Origin: Thermoplasmata archaeon
Lineage (GTDB): Archaea > Thermoplasmatota > Thermoplasmata > Halarchaeoplasmatales > Halarchaeoplasmataceae
Direction of reading: 5' to 3'
Length of the DNA stretch: 48,382 nucleotides
Assembly: GCA_003553085.1 (NCBI GenBank)
Contig: PUPH01000117.1
Coordinates: 1-48,382 of the forward strand
Part shown: piece by piece, positions 8,377-18,499 of the stretch
Layout of the letters: every line of letters begins with the position of its first letter
How positions within the stretch are numbered: the first letter of the stretch is position 1
Made by a program: the position numbers and the translations under genes
The notes under the pieces: generated by a model
What the model saw: the letters and a program-made list of their open reading frames with translations, nothing else
What the model was told of the DNA's origin: nothing
Database searches by the model: none

Positions 8377-11300
8377 TCAGGAAGTTCCCTTTTTCCGGTA
8401 CCAGTTCAAGAACACTATCAAAGCCGCTGCTACCGCCACAACGAATGGAAGCAGTGTTAGATATAACGGATACCTCGGAGAGAAACTCCACGTGTCCGAG
8501 GTGGTGACATACATGCCATCGTCCACTTCCACATACCACTCGTAATCCCGTCGTGTGCTCAGGCCGTCCCAACCCATCCTCACCGTAGAACCACTTTCCA
8601 CACCCTCTACCTCTCCGATCAGTTCGTCGTTACTTGCATCGTAAAAACGTACGGTGAGTTCATCTCCATCCGGGTCGTTGACCAGTACCTTTAGCTCGGG
8701 ATCCGTGGACGAACTTCCCCGGTGGCTGGGTGATTTCAATTCAGGTGGATCCGGTGGATGATTGGTGGTGAAATTCCACGTTTCCGATGTCGTTGAATGG
8801 ACCCCATCATCGATGACCACATACCACTCGTGAGTTTGACCCCTTTCCACATGCCAATCGACCTCGGCGTATTCACCACTCTCTAGGCCTGTTACGCTCC
8901 CGATCTCGCTATCATCAGAAGCGTCGAAAAATGTTGCACTCATAGTATCTCCATCTTCATCGTGAACGGGTACGGCAAGGCGTATGTCCTCCGGCAGCCC
9001 GTGTGCTCCATCAGCAGGATAGGGGTCTGTGGGCGAGCTCGGGGGATGATTGGTGGTGAAATTGAAAACATCGGATACGGTACTCAGCTCTCCGTCGTCC
9101 ACCTTTACGTACCACTCGTATGTCGTACCGGTCTCCAGTCCCTCCCAATACATCTCCACTCGTTCACCGCTGGTGACACCCGTCAGCTCACCGATGATGC
9201 TGCCATCGGATGCATCGAAGAATGTCACGTCCAGATCGTGCCCGTCCGGGTCGGAGATGTTCACCGAGAGGACGACATCTTCCTCCAGCCCCGTACTTCC
9301 AGGATCTGGTAAGGGTTCTGCAGGAGTATCGGGAGGTCTCTTCGTGAGGAACGACCATACGGGAGATCGTGTGGTCGAGATACCGTCATCCGCAACGGCG
9401 TACCATCTAAGATCGGTTCCCGGTTCCAATGGACCTATGTTTATTTCTGCTCTGGTATGGTTTTCCACATGAGTATCCTCCCCAAGGAGTTCATGGTCCG
9501 AGGTGTAAAAGGATACATTCATGGCATCTCCATCTCGGTCGCTGACCAGTACCGATAGAGATGTGTTCAGTCTGACCCCAGTGGTTTCGTTCGAGGGGGT
9601 CGGATCTACCGGTTCATCCGGTGGGTAACTGGTGGTGAAATTCCAGGTGGGAGAATGTGTAAACAGATCTCCGTCATCAGCCTCAACGAACCAACCGTAC
9701 CGGGTACCCGCCTCCAAAGAGGACCATACAACACCGGCACGAGCACCGCTCTCCACATCTGAAACGGATCCGATGGGCTCTACGGTATCCGATGAGTAAA
9801 ATGTGAGGTCCATGGTTTTATCCTCTGAATGGGTCACTCTGACCGAGAGTTCTACATCTAAATGTAAGCCTCTGGCTCCATGCACAGGCACCGGCTCTTC
9901 CGGAGGTTCGGGCGCATTCACCTTGAATGCGTTGTTCATCACTAAAGCATAATCCTGGTTAGCCGAACCATCTCCGTCGGCATCTGCAGGTACGTTCTTT
10001 CCGACGACCCTGATGGTGTAAACACCCTCCTCGAGGTTATCCGGGTGGATGTAGATGTTCTCAACGTTGTTCCTGTCGTCCCGTCCATCACCGTTGTTAT
10101 CGAAGTTGCTGTTCGCGTTCGGCGGGGTCCAACCTTCCTGGAAGGCATTTCCTCTGTAAACGTCTCCTGCTGGAGAGATCATCTCCAGATCCAAATCGTT
10201 CCTAAGTGTTGGATCAGCACCGGCTGAGGCTGGTGCATCGGTCCAGGTGAGAGTTAACTTCAGCGGTTCATCATGATCTGAAACTTTGATAGAGTGCTCT
10301 TCTTCTTCACCCGTAGTGATCTGCGATTCCTGATCGACCATTTCTATGTTGGTCGATGATGATATGAGATCCGGGAGGAATACCATGCCCCAGCCTTCCT
10401 CTCTGTTGGGTATATGACCTGTGTTCCCCTGGTCGGGATCTAAAGGCCGTGCGGTGTTGATGAGCATGGCTTTGACCATGGCGGGACTTGGAGTCACACC
10501 GTGTACTTCTTCGTACCATCCCACGACCACCGCTGCTGCACCGGCAACCGTTGGGCAGGACTGTGAGGTACCCTCCATCACCATGTGATCATAGGTCTCA
10601 GAATCGGCATCCCAGTAAGTTGAAGCACGTGCCATCCCCGGAGCCACTACATCCGGTTTGATCCTTCCGTCCTGAGTCCATCCTCGTGAGCTGAAACCCG
10701 CAATATTGTATGGATTATCCGATGTGAAATCGGGTAAGTAGTTCTCGGAAGCCCCCACAGTGATCACGTTCTTCGCGGTACCCGGCGAAGTGATACTGGT
10801 CTCATCGGGGCCGCTGTTCCCAGCCGCCACAACGATGACCATGGGCTGGTTTCCCTCCTTGATCATGTCTGCATCTCTGACCGCTTTATCGTAAGCCTGG
10901 GATACTTCTCTGTAACTACCATCATCCACTTCACCCCAAGAGTTAACGTGTATATAGGCCCCGGCCTCCATCTTGGCGTTCTGAACGATCTGGTAGTAAT
11001 CCGATGGCCCCACCCAGTTCTCGTCATCATCGAATATCCTCTGAGCATAGATTCCAGCATCGGGTGCTAGTGATTGGGCTAGATAATAATCTCCCACTTC
11101 GTAATGTTCTGGGAAAACCTCCTGGGTGCCTGAGTAGGTGTTTCCCCCGGCTAGACCGGCCACATGAGTTCCGTGACCACTCCCGTCGGCCCATGCACCT
11201 TCTTCCGAGCTCCACGTCTGATAATCGAACCCTCCCATGACCCTACCGGTGAAGTCGGGATGGCCGGCATCGCCGACGGTGCCGTCACCTATACCCGTAT

Positions 11301-12174
11301 CCGCCAAAGCTATGGTTACACCATCCCCGGTATAACCTATCTGGTTCACATAGGCGCCGTGATCCCCATACTCCCTATAAGGAGTGTTAGGGTCATCGTC
11401 GTCATCCATGATCCAGCACCCTCCACCGATTATCTGAGAACCGATCTCGTCCATCAGGCGAGGAGGATGATATGGGAGTATGCTGATCACCTCCGGAACA
11501 CGTGCTAAACGATCCATGGAGTCCTGATCATCAACATATACCAGAGCACTGGTGCCATCGGGATCCATCTGTAAGATAGAGATACCTGGAATACCTTCGA
11601 TAGTCCTCCGGTCACCGTTTACCGAACCTACAAAGACCAGTCCGGGTTCGGCAGCCGGGGATATCTTGTACTCCGGTCGATATGTGCTGACGGCTTCAAC
11701 GAAGAACAGATCGTTCAACTCAACAGCGACCTCACTGGTGGTGTATACTTTGTATGCATGATCAGGTACATAATCGATGATCTCTGCACCCCTTTCGATC
11801 AGTTCGTCCCTCCATTGTGGGTGAACGGGACCTATCAGATGCACTAGATATAGCCCTTGGAAACCATCGAGATAGCGAAGCTCCGGATCTGAAGGTATAT
11901 CATGACGTTCTCCATGTATGTAAAAACCGCTCCGTTGGCCCAGATCGATGACATCTGGATGGCCCCTGAGTATCTCATAACGCTCTTTGCCATCTACCAG
12001 GGCATAATCCGGATACATTTGGATCACCTCTAGGCCGTCCATATCTATCTCGCTGTTGAGTCTCACCATCAATAATCCTCCCTCCGGCTCCGTGGTATCT
12101 CCACCGAGCACTGGAATTGTCAATAAGAGGACCAAGAATATGGAAACCCACTTAACGATCGATGTTGATCTCAT
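8377..12174 (-). CDS. Secreted, C-terminally membrane-anchored S8 (subtilisin/Kp43-like) serine protease with five Ig-like repeats
   Basis: Signal peptide; triad ADTG / HGTHVAG / GTSQS; AAGN oxyanion motif; 'LRNDLDL' jelly-roll domain; C-terminal TM helix plus RKK. Confidence 0.93.
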   Translation of the reverse strand: MRSTSIVKWVSIFLVLLLTIPVLGGDTTEPEGGLLMVRLNSEIDMDGLEVIQMYPDYALVDGKERYEILRGHPDVIDLGQRSGFYIHGERHDIPSDPELRYLDGFQGLYLVHLIGPVHPQWRDELIERGAEIIDYVPDHAYKVYTTSEVAVELNDLFFVEAVSTYRPEYKISPAAEPGLVFVGSVNGDRRTIEGIPGISILQMDPDGTSALVYVDDQDSMDRLARVPEVISILPYHPPRLMDEIGSQIIGGGCWIMDDDDDPNTPYREYGDHGAYVNQIGYTGDGVTIALADTGIGDGTVGDAGHPDFTGRVMGGFDYQTWSSEEGAWADGSGHGTHVAGLAGGNTYSGTQEVFPEHYEVGDYYLAQSLAPDAGIYAQRIFDDDENWVGPSDYYQIVQNAKMEAGAYIHVNSWGEVDDGSYREVSQAYDKAVRDADMIKEGNQPMVIVVAAGNSGPDETSITSPGTAKNVITVGASENYLPDFTSDNPYNIAGFSSRGWTQDGRIKPDVVAPGMARASTYWDADSETYDHMVMEGTSQSCPTVAGAAAVVVGWYEEVHGVTPSPAMVKAMLINTARPLDPDQGNTGHIPNREEGWGMVFLPDLISSSTNIEMVDQESQITTGEEEEHSIKVSDHDEPLKLTLTWTDAPASAGADPTLRNDLDLEMISPAGDVYRGNAFQEGWTPPNANSNFDNNGDGRDDRNNVENIYIHPDNLEEGVYTIRVVGKNVPADADGDGSANQDYALVMNNAFKVNAPEPPEEPVPVHGARGLHLDVELSVRVTHSEDKTMDLTFYSSDTVEPIGSVSDVESGARAGVVWSSLEAGTRYGWFVEADDGDLFTHSPTWNFTTSYPPDEPVDPTPSNETTGVRLNTSLSVLVSDRDGDAMNVSFYTSDHELLGEDTHVENHTRAEINIGPLEPGTDLRWYAVADDGISTTRSPVWSFLTKRPPDTPAEPLPDPGSTGLEEDVVLSVNISDPDGHDLDVTFFDASDGSIIGELTGVTSGERVEMYWEGLETGTTYEWYVKVDDGELSTVSDVFNFTTNHPPSSPTDPYPADGAHGLPEDIRLAVPVHDEDGDTMSATFFDASDDSEIGSVTGLESGEYAEVDWHVERGQTHEWYVVIDDGVHSTTSETWNFTTNHPPDPPELKSPSHRGSSSTDPELKVLVNDPDGDELTVRFYDASNDELIGEVEGVESGSTVRMGWDGLSTRRDYEWYVEVDDGMYVTTSDTWSFSPRYPLYLTLLPFVVAVAAALIVFLNWYRKKGTS
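8480..9916 (-). repeat. Five tandem repeats of about 97 aa (about 290 bp) inside the protease gene
   Basis: Recurring PP..P.P..G...L.V.V.D.DGD...V.F.DAS....IG....V.SG......W..L..G..Y.WYV..DDG....S..W.FTT; repeat ends near 9631, 9345, 9052, 8763 and 8481. Confidence 0.9.
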
Positions 12175-12235
12175 GGTTCGCTACTGTTATCAACGTAGGT
12201 TAGCAATATAAGGATTGTTAGGATCTAAACAACGA

Positions 12236-13630
12236 TCATGATCTGTAAAATCTCTCCATGTCCAGGAGAGTCTTGCCTGTTATAGCTTCCACTGCGAACA
12301 CGGCGGAACTGGCGCACCCATCGACGCCACTGCTCAACTCGTGTGCGGAGTCCCCGGCCACATACAGACCCTCTATGGGAGTTTCAGGACCGAACCTTCT
12401 TTCATGATACCAATCAACCGTCCTAACCAGTCCATCTACTATCGGGAAGTACTCACCACCGAGCCATGTTAGATCTCTGTCGAGATCAACTGATGTGAAG
12501 ATATCCTGCATATCACTTTTGAATTTACTGATAAGATCCCGTTCAGAACTCAAGTGTGCAGGGTCTACCTCCGCTGCAAAACTTACGTAGTACTCACCGG
12601 GAGGGGCCTGTTTCAACCTCTCATCTACCTCGTAAACAAGGTAATACGAATCCACGTTAGAGACTTCTGATTCTGGGACCATTATCCAAGTACCTGCCGG
12701 CTCTTCCATCAGTGGTCTTTTCACACCCCCCATGACCATGAAGAGATCCGTTGCGTCCTTTTTAGCATCCCTCAAGCGAGAACGGTGATCATCATCCAGT
12801 TCAGTGACGAGATCCAACAACCCGTACACCGGTGCACTGTAGAGAACCTTTCGACAACGTATCTCCCTTCCATCATCCAACACCACACCCTTGGCAACAC
12901 CGTCTTCCACCGATATCCTCTTTACCTCGGTTCCTGTGAGTATCTCTCCTCCGTTCTCCCGGATCACCTTTCCAAGGGCTTCAGCAAGCCTTCCGACACC
13001 GCCTTGTGCAGCGAATATCGGTGTACCGTGCTTCTTCATCCCTTTCAGGTACGCCTTCATACAGAAGATCAGGTCTCCTCCTGAAAGTTTGGAGGTCTCC
13101 GTGGTAGTTTGGTAGCCTGCTACGAAACCGTCGGTGAACAACTCCCTCGCATCATGGTCGAAATCGAACTCGTCGTAAACATCGTCCACCAAACGATAAA
13201 TCCATGTGTCCATCACCTCTTGGTAACTCAGCTTCTTCACATGATCCATGAACTTCTTTATCCTCATCTTAGAACTCAATGACAGAAAGGGGAATGCCTT
13301 AAGATGACCTATCAGTCCTTTCGGTAAACTATGGAACTGACCGCCCTTGTAAAATAGTGGTAGGTTCAGTTTGACTGGTTTTGCATATCTACCTGCTCCC
13401 GTACTGCGTATGACGTACTCTAGATAATTATCGGTAGCGAAAACATGATGTCCGAAATCTACATTATAATTCTCGACATCTGCCCAACCCCATTCCTTGG
13501 GTGTTCTAGTCCCCGCTCTTCCTCCCAGGTAAGAATTTTTTTCGACTACGAGCACATCTAGACCCTTGGAAAGAAGTGCTCCAGCACACAAGCCTGTGAA
13601 ACCTGCACCGATCACGATGATATCTTTCAT
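12236..13630 (-). CDS. FAD-dependent oxidoreductase (phytoene dehydrogenase/amine oxidase-like), substrate unknown
   Basis: VIGAGFTG Rossmann motif, EKNSYLGGRA, GGVGRL, GLYVAGD. Confidence 0.8.
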   Translation of the reverse strand: MKDIIVIGAGFTGLCAGALLSKGLDVLVVEKNSYLGGRAGTRTPKEWGWADVENYNVDFGHHVFATDNYLEYVIRSTGAGRYAKPVKLNLPLFYKGGQFHSLPKGLIGHLKAFPFLSLSSKMRIKKFMDHVKKLSYQEVMDTWIYRLVDDVYDEFDFDHDARELFTDGFVAGYQTTTETSKLSGGDLIFCMKAYLKGMKKHGTPIFAAQGGVGRLAEALGKVIRENGGEILTGTEVKRISVEDGVAKGVVLDDGREIRCRKVLYSAPVYGLLDLVTELDDDHRSRLRDAKKDATDLFMVMGGVKRPLMEEPAGTWIMVPESEVSNVDSYYLVYEVDERLKQAPPGEYYVSFAAEVDPAHLSSERDLISKFKSDMQDIFTSVDLDRDLTWLGGEYFPIVDGLVRTVDWYHERRFGPETPIEGLYVAGDSAHELSSGVDGCASSAVFAVEAITGKTLLDMERFYRS

Positions 13631-13797
13631 ATATTACCACCTTTCACGGGATTAAGATATATGCATATATACCTTTTTTGCAACGATCGTCGATTATCGT
13701 CCGTGTTCATTCAAAAAAATATCATATCCCTTCAACCCACTAAAAAATAACACTATATGGTCAACCCCAGGATCCCACTGGTCGGCGATATTCATCT

Positions 13798-14079
13798 TCA
13801 TTTCTTTTTAGTGAAGTACCATTTGTACAGAAGCGCCATATCTCTGGGAAACAGTGCTAATCTGTCTCCATCCTCTACTTTCCGTTCGATATCAGAATAC
13901 TCCCTGTTGAGAAAGATATGGCTCACTTCATCTTTTTTGATCTCTAATAGGCCCATGATATCCGTGATGCAACTATCTTCCTCGATCTCGATCTTCACTG
14001 AACCGATGGAACCGGTTGTATCATCCGATCTCTCGCCCCTTTCCCTGAGTTTTCCATATAGCACAACTTCGATTTCCAT
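13798..14079 (-). CDS. MoaD/ThiS (beta-grasp) family protein lacking the C-terminal GG
   Basis: EVVLYGKLRE ... IFLN ... VEDGDRLALFP, then RDMALLYKWYFTKKK; ATG 14079 follows GAGTGA. Confidence 0.75.
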   Translation of the reverse strand: MEIEVVLYGKLRERGERSDDTTGSIGSVKIEIEEDSCITDIMGLLEIKKDEVSHIFLNREYSDIERKVEDGDRLALFPRDMALLYKWYFTKKK

Positions 14080-14099
14080 ATCACTCAACTACTCGATAG

Positions 14100-14384
14100 T
14101 TATCCACCACCTACCACCGGAAAGATGGATATCTTATCTCCCTCTTCCACCTCGGTATCCAATCCGTCCAAGTAGCCTATGTTTCTACCATCTTTGAGTA
14201 CGATCTTATCATCTCTCAATTCGGCATGTTCATCATCCTTGAAGAGCTGTTCTTCGAGCTCAGCGACCTCGGACACCAGCGCTTTTAATACGTCTCTGAC
14301 ATCCTCGCCTTCTATCTCAAATTCATTACTGCCAGCGATCTCAGCGATCTGAGCGAACAGCTTGACCTTGACTTTTCCGGACAT
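14100..14384 (-). CDS. MoaD/SAMP1-like ubiquitin-like sulfur carrier
   Basis: VKVKLFA ... GLDTEVEEGDKISIFPVVGGG. Confidence 0.92.
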   Translation of the reverse strand: MSGKVKVKLFAQIAEIAGSNEFEIEGEDVRDVLKALVSEVAELEEQLFKDDEHAELRDDKIVLKDGRNIGYLDGLDTEVEEGDKISIFPVVGGG

Positions 14385-14408
14385 ATAAATAAAAAAAGAA
14401 GAAGGTTT

Positions 14409-16151
14409 TCAGTCCTCCCAGACTGAATCCAGTTCTTCGTCAGGCACGTCGAAGACCACGTTATGGGGTGGTAGCTCTTCCTTAATCATGAACTCTGGCA
14501 GCCTGTCATCTTCCTTGGAGAATCCGGCCCTCTTGTTGAATTCCCTCTCGGTCTCAAGCACCTGTTTACCGAAATTCATGACGTCCTCGATAGAATAGTC
14601 CGTTCCTAGGACACCGTTCACAGTATCCACAACCCCTTCCAATCCTTCCTCGATATCTAAGATCGCGAAGGCTATGAAGAGACAGTATCCAGCACTGTCG
14701 ATGGCGGCCGTGGCACGCTGTAGGCTTTTAGAAAGCTCACCTTTCTTGATATCGAAAGGATCTGCCTCACCACCGACGCCCATGATCTCTGGTGCTATGG
14801 CGTATCCTGCGGTATGGTCGGCTCCCATAGGTGACGTAGCGTATGTCACACCGATGCCTTTGATAGGTCTTGGATCGTAAGCCGGCATGGCCTGACCCTT
14901 GACCGTCGGTATCCTATCGACTCCGAAGGCCCTTCCAGTGTATTCCGCACCGTTGGCCAAGATCCTACCCAGGGCTGTCTTGTTGTATATCTCATCCATC
15001 AGCTTCAGTGCTCCTTCTCCATCACCGAAGTCTAGAAGACCTCCTTCCATGGCTACCGCGATGGTGTTACCCGCTTCTATAGTATCCATACCTAGATCGT
15101 TACATGCACGGTTCAACTCCCCTATCACATCGAGGTCGTATATACCACAGTTGGGACCCAGTGCCCATACAGATTCGTACTCCAATACTCCGACTGGATC
15201 TTTTCCATCTTCTTTCGTCCATATCTCGGAACACCGTATTATACAGCTCGGACTGCATTTGTGCGGTCTGACCCCGCCTCTCTTCTTGATCTCCTCGGCC
15301 TTTCTTTCACCAGATACCTGGGCGGACCGGTCATCGCTGCCTTCGGAGAAGTTCCTCTGTGGTAAACCTCCGCTCTCGTTGATGATGTTGATCAATACGG
15401 AGGTCCCGTAGGAATAGAGTGCCCCGCCTTTCTTGGTCACATCGTGTTCCGATAGAGCTTTTGCCAATTTCTTCCTACCCTTATCGAAGGTTTCCTTGTC
15501 CTTGATCTCGATCTTATCCTCTTCAGGTTCTTCTATCACGATGAATTTTATGCCTCGAGAAGCCATCACCGCACCTAGGCCGCCTCTACCAGAGTACCTT
15601 GACGACATTCCCTCTGGATCCGTGTATGATATACCTGCATTGGCGGCTCCAAGTTCTCCTGCGATACCCACACCGGTTATCTCGATGTTATCTCCGAATT
15701 CCTCGTGGAGCTTATCATAAGCCTTGTACAGACCCATCCCTAGATAATCATCGGCCTCCACGAGTTCCTCACCGTCATTACCCAATTTAAGGATGTAATA
15801 CTTGTCCTTCTTAGCTTTACCTTCGATAACCAGCGCTTTGATCCCTTTTTGAGCCAACGTCTTAGCGAAGGGGGTACCTGCATTGGATTCCTTTATACCT
15901 CCAGTCAGCGGTGATTTGGCACCTGCCGATATCCTTCCGGAGTTGGGCGAACCGGTGCCCGTGACTATCCCCGGGGCAAATATAAGTTTGTTATTAGGTC
16001 CCAGGGGATGAGCATTAGGAGGTACTTCATCGGAGATCATCTTCGATGTAAGCGCTCTACCACCTAACCTTCTATATTTTTCAGGAACATCCTCGTAATT
16101 CAGGGTCCCTTTCCCCATATCCACTCTCAATATTTTCTGCGTCATGTTCAC
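14409..16151 (-). CDS. aor: Tungsten-containing aldehyde:ferredoxin oxidoreductase
   Basis: AKSPLTGGIKESNAG, GRGGLGAVM, CSPSCIIRC plus GYCLF [4Fe-4S] ligands, EYES, DLGMDTIE, PAYDPR, GADHT. Confidence 0.93.
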   Translation of the reverse strand: MNMTQKILRVDMGKGTLNYEDVPEKYRRLGGRALTSKMISDEVPPNAHPLGPNNKLIFAPGIVTGTGSPNSGRISAGAKSPLTGGIKESNAGTPFAKTLAQKGIKALVIEGKAKKDKYYILKLGNDGEELVEADDYLGMGLYKAYDKLHEEFGDNIEITGVGIAGELGAANAGISYTDPEGMSSRYSGRGGLGAVMASRGIKFIVIEEPEEDKIEIKDKETFDKGRKKLAKALSEHDVTKKGGALYSYGTSVLINIINESGGLPQRNFSEGSDDRSAQVSGERKAEEIKKRGGVRPHKCSPSCIIRCSEIWTKEDGKDPVGVLEYESVWALGPNCGIYDLDVIGELNRACNDLGMDTIEAGNTIAVAMEGGLLDFGDGEGALKLMDEIYNKTALGRILANGAEYTGRAFGVDRIPTVKGQAMPAYDPRPIKGIGVTYATSPMGADHTAGYAIAPEIMGVGGEADPFDIKKGELSKSLQRATAAIDSAGYCLFIAFAILDIEEGLEGVVDTVNGVLGTDYSIEDVMNFGKQVLETEREFNKRAGFSKEDDRLPEFMIKEELPPHNVVFDVPDEELDSVWED

Positions 16152-16154
16152 ACC

Positions 16155-16191
16155 GTGTCAAATATATCACAATAGATGTTTAATAAATTTT
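16155..16191 (-). promoter_or_regulatory. aor promoter (TATA-like TTTATTAA) with a downstream imperfect palindrome
   Basis: Minus strand AAAATTTATTAAAC, then TTGTGATATATTTGACAC (16172-16155) just before the start codon. Confidence 0.45.
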
Positions 16192-16298
16192 GCATTAACG
16201 TAGTTGATCTTATGACATCCCTAGATTCCATCATGGGTGGGTCGCGTATTGATGTGAGTGCGAGGATGAAGTTAGTTCAGATAGAGATATGAAGACAT

Positions 16299-17702
16299 CT
16301 AGAGCTCCCGGGAATCTTTCTCCACCAGCTCAACGTTATCGAATAATTTTACCTTGAAGATACGGCTGGCCTTGGAGTGGATTATCTCCACCACTCCACC
16401 GTCATCCTCCAGTTCGATCTTGCCTATGTCCTGATCACGGATACCGAACTTATTGAGTTCCTGTACGATATCCCATTTGGTGAAGTCATCGTCACTGGCG
16501 AATCGGAAGGGGACCATACCGAAAATATCTGCGTTCTCTTGGTAATCGATACGTTCTCTGACACGCCCCTTCTTTTTCAACTTTAGTTCCTTCAACTCCC
16601 TGTCGACGAACTCTTCGATCTCCTCGAGGAATCTAAGCTCGTCACCGCTGACGAAGGTTATTGCTTTACCTTCCTTGTCCAGCCTGCCTGTCCGACCTAT
16701 ACGGTGCACGTAGTCTTTGTGATATTGGGGTACGTCGTAATTGACGACATGGGTGATATTTTCCACATCTATACCTCTAGCTGAAACGTCAGTAGAAGCA
16801 AGTATGTCGATCTTACCTCTTTTAAAATCATTCATGGTCTTTGTTCTAGCGGCCTGACTCATGTCGCCGTGCATCGCATGTGCTTTATAACCATACTTGC
16901 GTAGGCGATCGACCAAGGTCTGGGTCCATATCTTCGTATTGCAGAATATAAGATACTTACCGGGCTCGTTGTCGAGTAAGGCAGACAATTTTGCCATCTT
17001 ATTCATCTTACCTACCCGGATAAAATACTGGTCAACACCCTTTGCGGATATATCGTCTTTGGAAAGTTTCAGTATCTTAGGATCCTCCATGTACTTACGA
17101 CCGAGTTTGATTATGGGTTCGGGCATGGTAGCGGAGAATATCATCATCTGCTTACCTTTGGGTGTACGGGATAATATCCACTTAATATCTGGAAAGAATC
17201 CCATATCCAGCATCCTGTCGCCTTCATCCAGTATGAAGAACTTTATGTGATCGAGCTTCAACTTGCCCCTCTTGATGAGGTCGATAACTCTTCCCGGAGT
17301 ACCGGCCACGAACGATGCTTTTGGTATCCGCCGGATCTGCTTCTCGATGCTGGCACCGCCGTAAATCGCCACCGTTTTCAATCCCCGGGCTCTGGCGAAT
17401 ATCTTCGCTTCACTTTCCACCTGCTGAGCCAGTTCCCTGGTAGGTGTCATCACCACTGCTTCCACCCCTTTACCGCCTTCGATACCTTCGAATATGGGTA
17501 CCAAGAACGCCAGTGTTTTACCGGAACCGGTCCTTGCTTGGACGATCAGATCTTTATCATCCATGGCCAAGGGTATGGATTCCTTCTGTACATCAGTGGG
17601 CTCGACGAACTCACCTTTTTTAAGAGCCTTCTGTGTTTCCTGACTAAGCTCCATTTCCTCGAATCTGCTGATTTCGCTCATCTGAACTGATTCCGCTCTC
17701 AC
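16299..17702 (-). CDS. DEAD-box RNA helicase with DbpA/CsdA-like C-terminal RNA-binding domain
   Basis: Q motif, ARTGSGKT, PTRELA, TPGR, DEGD (motif II variant), SAT, ARGID, HRIGRTGR; C-terminal 'DIGKIEL..VEI'. Confidence 0.93.
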   Translation of the reverse strand: MRAESVQMSEISRFEEMELSQETQKALKKGEFVEPTDVQKESIPLAMDDKDLIVQARTGSGKTLAFLVPIFEGIEGGKGVEAVVMTPTRELAQQVESEAKIFARARGLKTVAIYGGASIEKQIRRIPKASFVAGTPGRVIDLIKRGKLKLDHIKFFILDEGDRMLDMGFFPDIKWILSRTPKGKQMMIFSATMPEPIIKLGRKYMEDPKILKLSKDDISAKGVDQYFIRVGKMNKMAKLSALLDNEPGKYLIFCNTKIWTQTLVDRLRKYGYKAHAMHGDMSQAARTKTMNDFKRGKIDILASTDVSARGIDVENITHVVNYDVPQYHKDYVHRIGRTGRLDKEGKAITFVSGDELRFLEEIEEFVDRELKELKLKKKGRVRERIDYQENADIFGMVPFRFASDDDFTKWDIVQELNKFGIRDQDIGKIELEDDGGVVEIIHSKASRIFKVKLFDNVELVEKDSREL

Positions 17703-18499
17703 TCTTCTTCGGCTTCAGATTCCCCTTCAGGCTCCTCTTCGAGTTCGCCTTCCAGTTCCTCCTCTAACTCTTCGCCCAATTCTTCCGCCATCTCTTCATC
17801 GATCTCTTCAGGCTCCTTCTTGCCCTCATATTCTTCGACGAACCTGATGTTCTTTATCTCAGTGTGCCGTCTTAGATCTCCGACTATCTGATATTTTACT
17901 ACGAACCAGCCCTGCCCATACTTACACTCGTCGGGTAATATGACCTCTAATACATCATCTTCAAGATCTATCTCGAAATCTGCATGACCGTAATCCATAT
18001 CTAGTATGGCCTGGACGACCTCTTCAGTAGTTTCGGCTTTAGAGCGCACTGTATACTCGAATCTGAGTGTTTCTCCAGCCAAAGGGTGATTGAAATCAAC
18101 TCTGACCCTTCCTGCGGTGGTCTGTATTATCCTTCCGCTGCGGTCGTCGATATTCACTTCTTCACCGACTGTAACATCGAATCCCCTTCGTTCCAGCTCT
18201 CTCCTGCTGAAAAGCTCAATCTTACCGGCATCACGCTGACCGACTGCCTTCTCAGGAGGTACTTCCACCGAACGCTCTTCTTCAACTTCTGCTTCAAGGA
18301 GATCTTCTTCAAATCCTTCCATGATATTCCCTCGTCCCAGTTCTATAACTCTGGGACCGTAATGAGCGTCTTCGTCGAAAATTTCTTCCTCTTGAGCTTT
18401 AGCCTCGTCAGTCGTTTCGAAGAGTATCTTTTCATCGCCCTCGTCTTCGGGCAGTATCCATACGTTGTAATCTACATATACTAAGTCTCCTTCTTCCAT
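17699..18499 (-). CDS. slyD: Long-type archaeal FKBP peptidyl-prolyl isomerase (SlyD-like) with acidic tail
   Basis: GDLVYVDY, FETT, VEVPPEKA, GRVRVDFNHPLAG; start set at ATG 18499 after AGGTG. Confidence 0.9.
   Translation of the reverse strand: MEEGDLVYVDYNVWILPEDEGDEKILFETTDEAKAQEEEIFDEDAHYGPRVIELGRGNIMEGFEEDLLEAEVEEERSVEVPPEKAVGQRDAGKIELFSRRELERRGFDVTVGEEVNIDDRSGRIIQTTAGRVRVDFNHPLAGETLRFEYTVRSKAETTEEVVQAILDMDYGHADFEIDLEDDVLEVILPDECKYGQGWFVVKYQIVGDLRRHTEIKNIRFVEEYEGKKEPEEIDEEMAEELGEELEEELEGELEEEPEGESEAEEE

Noticed and set aside
17200-17240. DEGD motif as a sign of an inactive helicase
   Set aside because: The third position of DExD is variable and all other motifs are intact.
17699-17830. 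GAA/GAG-rich low-complexity stretch as a DNA repeat element
   Set aside because: It simply encodes the Glu-rich tail of SlyD.
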